A stretch of DNA of 63,465 nt, filler included, from Chiloscyllium plagiosum (taxonomy: Eukaryota): assembly GCF_004010195.1 (NCBI RefSeq). It is 3 parts of one record of this genome, joined end to end, with 100 filler letters (N's around TTAATTAATTAA, not from the genome) between each part and the next. Parts side by side here need not be neighbours in the genome. Positions count along the whole stretch, not along the records: positions 28,738 to 60,026 come from NC_057712.1; 2 more parts are not named here. One strand, given 5' to 3'. Numbering within the stretch: position 1 is the stretch's first letter; each line of letters starts with the position of its first letter. Under the pieces are notes generated by a model. The model ran no database searches. It was given only the letters and a program-made list of their open reading frames with translations, and was not told the origin of the DNA. Positions 38,784 to 50,770 of the stretch are shown here, one piece after another. Both the position numbers and the translations under genes were made by a program.

Positions 38784-39757
38784 TTTCCTAAAACTATGTA
38801 CATTATTGAAGCAAAGGTATACTGGCATCAGAAGCTGTTCAGAGAAAGTTCTCTAGGTTAATCCAATGTATGGAGGGACTGCCTTATGAGGAGAGGTTGT
38901 GTTGGTTGGATCTGAACATATTGGAGTTTAGAAGAATGCAAGGTAACCCTTATTGAAACGTACAAGACAAGGGGGTTGGCAGAATAGGTAGGGAAAGGTA
39001 GTTTCTGCTTGTGAGAGTTTAGGCCCAGAGGGCATAATCTCTGAATAAGGACTTGCCCATTTAAGACAAATGAGGACAAAGTTTTTCTTTGAGAGAGCTA
39101 TAATGGCTGAATTGCTAAGTATATTCAAGGCTGAGATGAACAGATGTTTTTGATCAGTAAGGGAATTGAAATTTGTGGAGAAGAACATGAAAGTGGAGTT
39201 GAGGTTTATCAGATCAACCATTATCCATTGAATGGCAACTTATGATCCTGTGGTCTGACATCCTTCTTTGACAAAAATCCATCTACTTCTGCTGTAAAAA
39301 TTCAAACATTGCCCTGCAGGTTTTGGTGTTAACACTCATTTTAAATTATAAGATGCACATGAACTATAATTGTAGACTGTTAGTTTTGGAAGACAGCCAA
39401 TTTAAAAGGTCTGGTACTCTTGGTTGATTACAGTGCCCATTGCACAAGTATGTTTTACAAGCTTCGCAAAAATTATTAAGTTTACCCTGATAAATTTAAA
39501 AGAACAGTACAGAAAAAATTAATGGCTTCAGTTGATTCACAGTAGAATACCTGTTCATGACCTCTGGCTGACTGAGTGCATATCTCTTGTTCTTCTCTGC
39601 GAATTAATATTTTTCTTTCTGCTTTCAGGCATACTGTGGGTTTGCTAAGAGTTATAACTTATTATCCTTTGTTAATCACCTGAAGTATTGTCCAAGAGTA
39701 TCCTCAACTCCTAAGTTGTTGTTGATGTCTGAACAGGTTGAGATTCTGAATGGAGAT

Positions 39758-42700
39758 TACAGAGAGTTAGGCAGGAATTCAAAAAGCAGATCATTGAGAG
39801 TAGTAATATCTGGATTACTCCCGGTGCTACGAGTTAGTGAGGGCAGGAATAGAAGGATAGAGCAGATGAATGCATGGCTGAGGAGCTGGTGAATAGGAGA
39901 AGGATTCACATTTTTAGATAATTGGAATGTCTTTTGGGATAGAAGTGACCTGTACAAGAAGGACGGATTGCACTTAAATTGGAAGGGGACTAATATATTG
40001 GCAGAGAGATTTGCTAGAGCTGCTCGCGAGGATTTAAGCTAATAAGGTGGGGGGGTGTGGGAGATAATGAGGAAAGAGATCAATCTGGGACTGGTACAGT
40101 TGAGAACAGAAACGAGTCAAACAGTCAGGGCAAGCAGGGACAAGGTAGGACTAATAAATTAAACTGCATTTATTTCAATGCAGGGGGCCTAATAGGGAAG
40201 ACACATGAACTCGGCACGGTTAGGAACATGGGACTGGGATATCATAGCAATTACAGAAACATGGCTCAGGGATGGGCATGACTGGCAGCTTAATGTTCCA
40301 GGATACAAAGGCTACTGGAAGGGTAGAAAATGAGACAAGAGAGGAGGGGGAGTGGTGTTTTTGATAAGGGATGGCATTACAGCTGTGCTGAGGGAGGATA
40401 TTCCCGGAAATACATCCAGGGAAGTTATTTGGTTGGAACTGAGAAATAAGAAAGGAATGATCACCTTATTGGGATTCTATTATAGACCCCCTAATAGTCA
40501 GAGGGAAATTGAGAAACAAATTTGTAAGGAGATCTCAGCTATCTGTAAGAATAGTAGGGTGGTTATGGTGGGGGGTTTTAAATTTACAAACATGGACTGG
40601 GACTGCCATAGTGTTAAGGGTTTAGATGGAGTGGAATTTGTTAAGTGTGTAAAGAAAATTTTCAGTATGTGTGTGGATGTAACTACTAGAGAAGGTGCAA
40701 AACTTGACCTACTCTCAGGAAATAAGGCAGGGCAGGTGACTGAGGTGTCAGTGGGGGAGCACTTTGGCGCCAGAAACCATAATTTTATTAGATTTAAAAT
40801 AGTGATGGGAAAGGATAGACCAGATCTAACAGTTGAAGTTCTAAATTGGAGAAAGGCCAATTTTTCACAGTATTAGGCAAGAACTTTCAAAAGCTGATTG
40901 GGGGTAGATGTTCGCAGGTACAGGGACGGCTGGAAAATGGGAAGCCTTCAGAAATGAGATAATATGAGAATCCAGAGAAAGTATATTTCTGTTAGGGTGA
41001 AAGGAAAGGCTGGTAGGTATAGGGAATGCTGGATGACTAAAGAAATTGAGCGTTTTGTTAAGAAAAAGAAGGAAGCATATGTCAGGTACAGACAGGATAG
41101 ATCGAGTGAATCCTTAGAGTATAAAGGAAGTAGGAGTATACTTAATAGGGAAATCAAGAGGGCAAAAAGGGGACATAAAATAGCTTTGGCAAATAGAATT
41201 AGGGAGAATCCAAAGGGCTTTTACAAATACATTAAGGACAAAAGGGTAACTATGGAGAGAATAGTGCCCCTCAAAGATCAGCAAGGCGGCCTTTGTGTGG
41301 AGCTGCAGAAAATGGGGGAAATCCTAAATGAGTATTTTGCATCAGTATTTACTATGGAAAAGAACATGGAAGATATAGAATGTAGGGAAATAGATGGTAA
41401 CATCTTAAAAAATGTCCAGATTACAGAGGAGGAAGTGCTGGATGTCTTGAAACAGGTAAAGGTAGATAAATCCCCAAGACCTGATCAGGTGTACCCTAGA
41501 ACTCTTTGGGAAGCTAGGGAAGTGAGTGTTGGGCCTCTTGCTGAGATATTTGTGTCATCGATAGTGACAGGTGAGGTGCTGGAAGACTGGAAGTTGGCTG
41601 ATGTGCCACTGTTTAAGAAGGGTGGCAAGGACAAGCCAGGGAACTACAGACCAGTGAGCCTGACATTGGTGGTGGACAAGTTGTTGGAGGGAATCTTGAG
41701 GGACAGGATATACATGTATTTGGAAAGGCACGGACTGATTAAGGATAGACAACGTGGCTTTGTGCGTGGCAAATCATGCCTCACAAACTTGATTGATTTT
41801 TTGAAGAAGTAACAAAGAGGATTGATGAGGGCAGAGCGGTGGATGTGACCTCTCTGGACTTCAGTAAGGCGTTCAACAAGGTTCCCCATAGGAGACTGAT
41901 TAGCAAGGTTAGATCTCACGGAATACAGGGAGAACTAGCCATTTGGATACAGAACTGGCTCAAAGGTAGAAGACAGAGGGTGGTGGTGGAGGGTTGTTTT
42001 CCAGATTGGAGGCCTGTGACCAGTGGAATGCCACAAGGATCGGTGCTGGGTCCACTGCTTTTTGTCATTTATATAAATGATTTGGATGTGAGTGTAAGTT
42101 TGCAAATGACACCAAAATTAGAAGTGTAGTGGACAGCGAAGAAGGTTACCTCCGATTACAACAGGATCTTGATCAGGTGGGCCAATGGACTGAGAAGTGG
42201 CAGATGGAGTTTAATTCAGATAAATGTGAGGTGCTGCATTTTGGGAAAGCAAATCTTAGCAGGACTCATACACTTAATGGTAAGGTCCTAGGGAATGGTG
42301 ATGAACAAAGAGACCTTGGAGTACAGGTTCATAGCTCCTTGAAATTGGAGTTGCAGGTAGATAGGATAGTGACGAAGGTGTTTGGTATGCTTTCCTTTAT
42401 TGGTCAGTATTGAGTACAGGGGTTGGGAGATCATGTTGCGGCTGTATAGGACATTGGTTAGACCACTGTTGGAATATTGGATGCAGTTCTGGTCTCCTTC
42501 CTATCGGGAAGATGTTGTGAAACTTGAAAGGGTTCAGAAAAGATTGTCAAGGATGTTGCCAGGGTTGGAGGATTTGAGCTATGGGGAGAGGTTGAACAGG
42601 CTGGGGCTGTTTTCCTTGGAGGCTGAGGGGTGACTTTAGAGAGGTTCACAAAATTATGAGGGCATGGATAGGATAAATAGACAAAGTCTTTTCCCTTGGG

Positions 42701-43008
42701 TGGGGGAGTCCAGAACTAGAGGGCATAGGTTTAGGGTGAGAGGGGAAATATATAAAAGAGACCAAAGGGGCAAAATTTTTCCGGCAGAGGGTGGTACGTG
42801 TATGGAATGAGCTGCCAGAGGAAGTGGAGGAAGCTAGTACAATTGCAACATTTAAAAGGCATTTGGATAGTTATGTGAATAGGAAGGGTTTAGAAGGATA
42901 TGGGCCAAGTGCTGGCAGGTGGGATTAGATTGAGTTGGGGTATCTGGTCAGCATGCACGCATTGGACCGAAGGGTCTGTTTCCATGCTGTACATCTCTGA
43001 CTCTATGA
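39758..43008 (+). mobile_element. CR1 (HER1-type): esterase C-terminus, full ORF2 span (frameshifted) and 3' tail
   Basis: [45 protein letters not shown] and LEYWMQFWSP motifs, with tail GACTCTATGA. Confidence 0.96.
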
Positions 43009-45099
43009 TCAATCTTGCATTAGCTAAGCATTGTATGCCCATTTTTGACTGCTTTCTTCAAAATTGATGGACATCTTACTGATATATCTTTTATCTTCTG
43101 ACTTAGTCCTTAAAATATCAATCACTTGTAGGATCATTTTTTTTGACCGCTTGTCTTCCTCTTCTCACTGACTTTACAGATCTCCACTAAGGTGGTGTGG
43201 CACCAGCAATTTGTATCTAATTTGAGAATATCTCACATTACATCTAGTGTTTAGTAATAAGCTCAATGTTCCAACTGATGCAGCTAAGTGTCTTACAAAA
43301 TTTCAAACCTTTTCGTGAAAAGAGCTGTGTGACTCCATCATAACTGCCTATTTCAGAAGTAAGTTAATCGTGTCATTTTCAAAAAAGCCAAACTGGATTA
43401 TGCTCTCCAAATGAAATGGGAATCGCGTTAGCAAGAATCACACCATATCACCAACGTATCCTGTAATGTTTTGCTGCTGCAGAGATATCAGAGGTCCATG
43501 CACAGTAACAGCTTCTGGAAGCAAAAGCCATTCGTTGGTATATCAGTCAATATATGCAAAACCTCCCAGTGGCTATGCGGCTACGCTGCCTATGTTGCAT
43601 ATCACCATTTTGAAGTATGTTCAAACTAAGGTTCAAAGTACCATTGTAATGTACAGTAAAATGTATAAAGCTCAAAATAAGCACGCAAACATAATATTGG
43701 TTGGCCTTTTACATTCTTGAAGTTAAAAAATACCTAAATCATTTCAAAAACACAACTGTCTCTTTTGAATAAAATATATTACTTCAAAGGACTTAACATT
43801 TGTTAGCCTAAGTTTACATTAGCTTGTGTTACAGCTGAGGGTTGAAAATTGCCTGTTGTCATGCTGTGGGACTCATCTTAAAAATGCTTTTCCCAGTTAC
43901 CAAGGTGGCCAATTAAATACCTTAACTGTATCAGGTTCGAAGCAACAAGATCTATTAACCAGGTTTCTTAATGAACACACAAATATAGCAAAGTATGGCA
44001 TGTACTGGAAATCTGGAATAGAAACAAAGTGTTGAAAGGTCTGTGGAGACAGAAATAGTTAACATTTTGAGTCAATTTGTCGCTTCCTTGGAAAAGAAAC
44101 TTATTGGATTCAAAACTCTCTTTCTCCACCGATGCTGCCGGCTGAGTTCTGTTTTTATTCTTCAATATAATTATTGTTTTATTATTAAAATACCACTCAT
44201 ACAATAAAGATGCAATACTAGATAAACAGTGGTTAAGCATTGTACAAGTATAAATGCTTATTCCTGTATGTTATAGCATGGAGTCAGACAGCGGAATCAA
44301 ATTTGTATTTGCAAAACAGTGAAATTAACCTGTTGAAGACCCCTTTCCAATGGTTCCTGACCAGATCTTTGAATAATTAATCTCCAGATACTGTTTTTGT
44401 GCCTTAAAGAGAGGGCGTAACTGTTTATTAAATGGAGAATAACTTTAGCAGAAGAACAATTAAGCAACAATGTAAGCTGAGGGCTATGCTTTTAGACTGA
44501 ACCATTTGTTTTCAGCCCCCATTCATGCAAGATAAACAAACATAGCTAGGGAGTAAGTAAAATAACAAAACTTGCCAGATTACTTAATGTCTGTAATGAT
44601 ACGTTGTTTCATAGGCATAAATATAGACTCCTTGGTTGCTTTCCTGGAACATTGATCAGGGTCACCTTCTTAGTTCACCCAGACATAGTCTATAATACTT
44701 CTCATTCAGCTTTTAACTGTTTGGGCTTCCCGAAGCTGATGTAGTAGGTTAGACGGAATTTTCAAATCTTAATCCTGTCTCAATGGCAACCAAGAACCAT
44801 CTCCTCAGAAAACATATTTCAGATGAGCAACTTCAGTTCTGGCTCTATCCTAATAAACTGATCAACTCTTCCCAAGGTCTCAGTTACTATTCAATGAATG
44901 CTGTCTCCTTGAATACAGCATTTCTTCCAGATTTGGCAGAGTCACTTCCCAGGTCCTGTCCTTATTAACAACCAAATTCTGCTATCTGTTAAACACAGTG
45001 CTGCTCTGTGGGTCACTGTGTTTTTTGGAACCTTGTTAATCAAGTATCAGCCTATAATTTATCTCCAGGCCTAGCCTCTCAAATAAACAGAGCTTAGAG

Positions 45100-46400
45100 C
45101 TTTTGAAAAGATTTGTAGCTCAGGTTGTGGGAGAGATCATAGATTCATTCACCGAGCTGATATGTTTTTCTGCAGACATTTCGTCACCTTGCTAGGTGAC
45201 ATTGTCGGTGCACCTCCACTGAAACATTGGTGGTCTGTCCGGCTTGGCATTTGTGTTTCTGTTTTCTGGTACTTCCGGTTCTGTATCTGAGTGGTTTGCA
45301 TATGGGGTCCAGTTCAACAGTAATGTCCCCACCGGAATAAAGTTCACTAAAGAGCAGAACAATAGCAGACTCCCCTTCCTGGATGTATTAGTGGAGTGCA
45401 TATCTACTGGTGAACTCCAGAAAAGTGAGTGTAGGAGAAACACCCATACAGGTTAGATACTGAACTATAACAGCAACCACCCAGGACCCACAAAAAAAAG
45501 CTGCATTAAGACTCTATTTAAATGAGCAAGGACATTCTGCAGCAATCCAGAACTCCAGAGGCAGAACAGGAGCACTTATTCAAAGGATTTAAACAGAACC
45601 AGTACCTCAAGAGCACTATACTCCGGTATTTATGCAACAAACATAAAGAAGAAACACTATGTGACCAGATCATACCGTGCATCAAGGACATATCAGAAAT
45701 GACTACCCGACTATCTGTATTCAAACCCCCGGGAATCATAGTGGCCCACTAACCAGTAAACACCTTTCATCAGCAACTCACAAAAGGTAAAGATCCGATA
45801 CCCACGTCCAACAGGATGAACGTAATCTACAAGATACCCTGCAAGGACTGTGAAAAACACTACATAGGACAAACAGAAAGAATGTGCAGCTTAGAATTGG
45901 CCATGCTAAATTGTCCATAGTGTTAGGTGCATTAGTCAGAGGAAAATGGGGCTGGGTGGGTTACTCTTCGGAGGGTCGGTGTGGACTGGTTGAGCCGAAG
46001 GGCCTGTTTCCACACTGTAGGGGATCTAATCTAATCTAAAAACTAACTATATGAGTGTACGAACATCAGCTTGCCACTGCCAAACACAGCCAGTACTCTC
46101 TCATTACAACCCACATAGACAGTGAGGGACACAAATTCAACTGGGACAAAGTAACCGTTCTAGCACAGGCAAAACAGAGACACGACAGAGAATTCCTTGA
46201 AGCCAGGCACTCCAACTGGAATTCAATCAATAAACATTGAACTGGACCCCTTATACAAACCGCTCCGGAAAACGGAGACATGTAAATACCCAGTGGGATA
46301 GACCACCACTGCTTCACCATAGGCACACCGACAATATCGCCTTGCGAGCTGACAAAATGTCTGCAGAAAAACACATCAACTTATTGAACGCATCAACAAC
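45100..46400 (+). mobile_element. Penelope-like element with inverted terminal repeat at its 5' end; RT thumb and GIY-YIG
   Basis: 45100-45325 is the reverse complement of the 3' end (~46230-46400). IKFTKE...LPFLDVLV, NVIYKIPCKDCEKHYIGQT and REFLEA motifs are present. Confidence 0.9.
45883..46040 (+). mobile_element. 5'-truncated HE1 SINE inside the PLE GIY-YIG domain
   Basis: GAATTGGCCATGCTAAATTG...GGGCCTGTTTCCACACTGTAG...(TAATC)n. Confidence 0.9.
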
Positions 46401-47971
46401 CAAAACTGAGATTGTTGAGTCTATATTTTTCCATTTACCATTAACTGTGCCAAAATCTACAAGTCATTTGCAATTCAAAATTCAAAGTTGATCGAAGAAT
46501 GAAAATAATGAAAAATCAACGTGGGTTCTAACAAACACCTACAAACACAAATTCTTTGACAAAAGAGAAAAAGATATTTTTCAGAGAGTGACTTTTTAAG
46601 AAAATCCTCTTTTGCCAATGGATAATTTTTGAAGGCAGAAAGATCAAGCAAAGATTGTCTGGAGTCTGTTCTAATGTTCCCATGCTGGTGGTCAAGTGAC
46701 TGATGCACCGTTAATTCAGAAGTCTTGCTTAAGGAATACGATCTTGTAACTCAACATCAGTGTTTTCTTTTCAGAAATGGGAAAGGTTTGCTTTGCAGCC
46801 TTTCTTCTGACTCACTCCATTCTTAGCAGGCTTTCCACCGGCTGTAGCAGATAAACTAGGACCTCTCCAAGCCAGTCGTTATTCAGAAATGGCCCTTGCA
46901 GCCACCGAGAGTAAAGTCATCTAATACTTATAGTCACTTGTTTTGGAGGAAGTTTTGTTTTAAAAAAACCCCACCAAAACCATAGTGAATTTTCTCAGTG
47001 ACTTTTTCTAAAGAAACCACTCCAGGTATTTCCTCAAGATTTGAAGTAAGCCCATTTTCTACAAGCCTTCAAACCTTAACTCTTCTAAGCAATATTAAAT
47101 ATCAAGTGTATTTGTAATGCTTCTACCTTGCACAAATGAAGCTATTTTTAAATGTGTTTTATTGTAAAATATAGACGAGTAAACATGAAACAAAAAACAT
47201 GCTTTCACACATTTTCATTCATTCTTTACACATGAGCTATGCAATTGCATCTGGAACCTTATATTGACAATTCAAACATCCTCACAATCTGAACATGTTT
47301 TAAAAGGAAGGCTGCAATAGAAAACATTATCAAAATTTGGCATTTTGATTTTCTCTTTTTTTTTTCCCCCCCACAAAGTTCAGAGAGTTGTTACCTACAT
47401 ATACCAATGTTTTTCTGTTGCCATGATGGATATATGCTATGAAATGTTTAAGAACCAGTCATTCCGGAGTTGTTTCTTCCGGCATTGGGTAGTCCTTTGT
47501 TAATTTAGTTTTCTCGGAAAATATTGCATTTGCTTCTCTATACCTGATCCAAGTTTTTGAACAGATCTGCACAACTCCAAAATCGCTAGTATTCATTGTT
47601 CCCTTGAAGGGCTAAATGAAACTGGTTCATTGATCAAAATATTCTGAGCACACTCCTGATCACAATGCCTTGGCTTTCTTTGGAGCAAATCTGACAATGG
47701 AGCAGTGATTGAAATTCAGTCGTGTACAAACTTGCAATAAAAACAATCGGTGCCCTAAAATGTCATAATTTACTTCTAAGGGTGGGAGACTCCATTAATG
47801 CTTGTATGTCCGTTCTTGGCAGCCCTGCTAAATGGCATATCTAAATTATTATCACTATTTAAAATTTATTTTAGCAAGGTTTATTACTCAATTAGAAGAT
47901 TATAATTTTACAAATAAAGCTTCCAGCTGTTCCAAGTAGTCCTCCCAAGTGTCAGTCTAAACTTGCGCACC

Positions 47972-49165
47972 AAGGTGGTGGTAGAGAGTTGTTGTTCAGC
48001 CTGAGGCCAGTGGTGTACTGCAAAGATTAGTGCTGGGTTGACTGTTCATCATTTATATAAACAATTTGGATGATGATATGGGAGGCAAGTTTAGTAATTT
48101 TGTTGAGAATACCAAAATTGTAGTACAGTGGACCGTGAAGAAGGCTATCTAAGAGTACAACGGGATTTTGCTCAACTGGGTCAATGGGCGAGGAATGACA
48201 GATGGAGTTTAATTCAGATAAAAGTGAGATGTTGCATTTTGGTAAGACAAACCAGAACAGGACTTCACGATTAATGGTCAGGCCCTGGGGAGTGTTGTTG
48301 AACAGTGAGACCTAGGGTGTGCAGCTACATAGTTTCTTGAAAATGGTTTCTCAGGTAGACAGGGTGGTGAAGGCATTTGACATGCTTACCTTCATTAACC
48401 AGGGCACTGAATACAGCTGTTGGGACATCATGTTATAACTGTACAAGATGTTGGTGAGGCCAATTTCGAGTATTGTGTACAATTTTGGGGGTTGCCCTGC
48501 TGTGAGAAAGATATTATTAAACTAGAAAGGATGTAAACAAGGATGTTACTGACACTGGAAAGTTTGAGTTATCAGGAGAGGCTGATAGGCTGGAATTGAA
48601 TTGAATTGAATTGAATTGAATTTATTGCCATGTGTACCGAGGCACAGTGAAAAACTTTGTCTTGCAAGCAATACAGGCAGATCACATAGTTAAGTAGCAT
48701 AGATCAGTAAATAATAGGTAAACAGTGACAAAAACAAAACACAGGTTTAGGTGAATGTTAAGAGTTTGTGAGTCTTAAATCCTGGAGCATAAGAGGTAAG
48801 GGGTGAACTTACAAATGTTTATAGAGGAGCACAAATAAGGTGAATTGTCAAAGTCTTCTCAGCAGGGTAGAGGAGTCCTAAACTGGAGGGCATAGATTTA
48901 AGGTGAGAGTGGAAAGATTTAAAAGAAACCTGAAGGGTATCTTTTTCACTCACAGGGTGGTGCATTTATGGAGTGAGCTGCCAGAGAAAGTGCTACTTGT
49001 GAATACAATTATATCATTTAAAAATATATTTGCATAGATACATAGGTTGGAAATGTTTAGAAGGATGTGGGCCAAATGCAGGCAAATGGAACTGGTTAAG
49101 TTTAGGTGACCTGGTTGGCATGGACGAGTTGGGCCAAAGGTCCTGTTTCTGTGATGTATGACCTT
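47972..49165 (+). mobile_element. CR1 RT/3' fragment with an antisense LINE tail inserted at ~48593-48775, including (AATTG)n
   Basis: Homologous to 41975-43008 and interrupted after GATAGGCTGGA. Confidence 0.85.
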
Positions 49166-50251
49166 GAAGCCACATGGTCAGGAAAGCTGGCTAACATGTG
49201 ATTCATTGACCTCTGGAAAGTTACCAGAGTTTTTCAGCCTGATGGCAAGACTCAACATTGGAAAAGACCATATAGTGTCATGAAAGCTGATATCTCTTTA
49301 GTCCTAGGTGTCAAAGGATTTGTCAGTTTTGTCTTAACAAATCTATTTCAATTGGAAATCCATGCACTGCCAATCCTATCAATAGAATCTTCCAAACATA
49401 GTAATTGGTTAGGAATCTTCCTTTGCTATTTTGTTAATCTTTTAGCAGTTAATGGAACATCTGGCTGAACTCTCAGGCTAAAGTGCAAATATGACTGGGG
49501 ATCTTAAGCTGTTTTGGGTTGAATTAGATGGTTTTCTAACATAGGATTTCAAATGATTCTTTTATTTGACAATTGACAGTGGTTTCATGGAGTTTAGTAC
49601 ATTCTTAATTTCAGATATATTTTATTGAACTCAAATTTATTCATCTGCTCTAGGGGGATATGAACCTGGGTCCCCAGAACGTTAGCTGAATTTCTGGATT
49701 AATAGTCTCGTGATAATGCCACTTGGCCTTTACCTTCCCAATATACAAAATCAGAAACCTGCTAAAACCTTTTCATGCCTTTTCTTTCTGAATTGTGATT
49801 TGTTCAAGTATATTACAGTCCTCTTCTCTGACTTCTTTATCTATATTGTACTTCTCTATTGTGAATATAGAGGTAAACATTGCAAACCACACCTATCACC
49901 TCCTGTGCCCAAAGTTGGCAACTGTTGTGGGTAAATTACCACAGACTACGTTAATTTGGCTCCTTATTGAGCAGTCTCACAAACAATCAAATAGTGAGAC
50001 AATTATTTAAATCTTATTGAATGTAGCAACCAAATAAGACTCATTAAGCAAGTTAAGCCTCACCATCCAACTTCACTACTACCTGGTCAATGGTGGAATT
50101 TAGCTATGATTCCAACCAACAGAACCCATCTCTTGATGTGCCCAGGGTTCAATCCTTGTGCAAAGTTATTCTTCAGAATTTTGCTGCTGAAGAATCATGG
50201 TGTTAAATCCTTATACAATTTTCTCTCTTTCAAATTTGTGATGTGACCTAG

Positions 50252-50770
50252 AATCAGAGTCATGCAATACAGAAACAGACCCTTCAGTCCAACCAGTCCA
50301 TGCCGAACGTATTCCCAAACTAAACTAGTCCCGCCTTCCTGCTCCTGGCTCATATCCCTCTGAACCTTTCTGATTCATGTAGTTATCTAAATGTCTTTTA
50401 AACGTTGTAATTGTACTTACACCTACACTCCCCTGGAAGCTAATTGCACACAGGAACCACCCTCTAAAAAATTTGCCCCCCAGGTCGTTTTATAACCCTC
50501 TCCTCTCATCTTAGACATATGCCCCCTAGTCTTGAAATCTACCATCCAAAGGAAAATTTGATCTATACCCCTCATGATCTTATAAACATCTGTAAGGTCG
50601 CCTGTTAACCTCCTACTCTCTGGTGACAAATGTCCTAGTTATCCAGCCATTCTATATAACTCAAACCTTCCATACCCAGCAACACTCTGATAAATCTCTT
50701 CTGAACCCTCTGCAGTTTCATAATGACCTTCCTATAACTGGGTAACCAGAACTGGACACAGTATTCCAGA
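50252..50770 (-). mobile_element. CR1 3' end
   Basis: LEYCVQFW, RRLTGDLTDVYKIMRG and KTRGH motifs. Confidence 0.9.

Larger units (their letters stand above)
37855..39260 (+). mobile_element. Old CR1 RT/3' fragment hosting three tiny PLE-derived insertions
   Basis: VPEEWKTA, VPQGSVL and KFADD remnants. Confidence 0.8.

Noticed and set aside
39375..39422. LLVLEDSQFKRSGTL as NT5DC1 exon 3
   Set aside because: Only vague similarity, wrong length and poor splice sites.
46775..46830. Good acceptor followed by GKGL as NT5DC1 exon 3
   Set aside because: Similarity ends after three residues and a stop follows.
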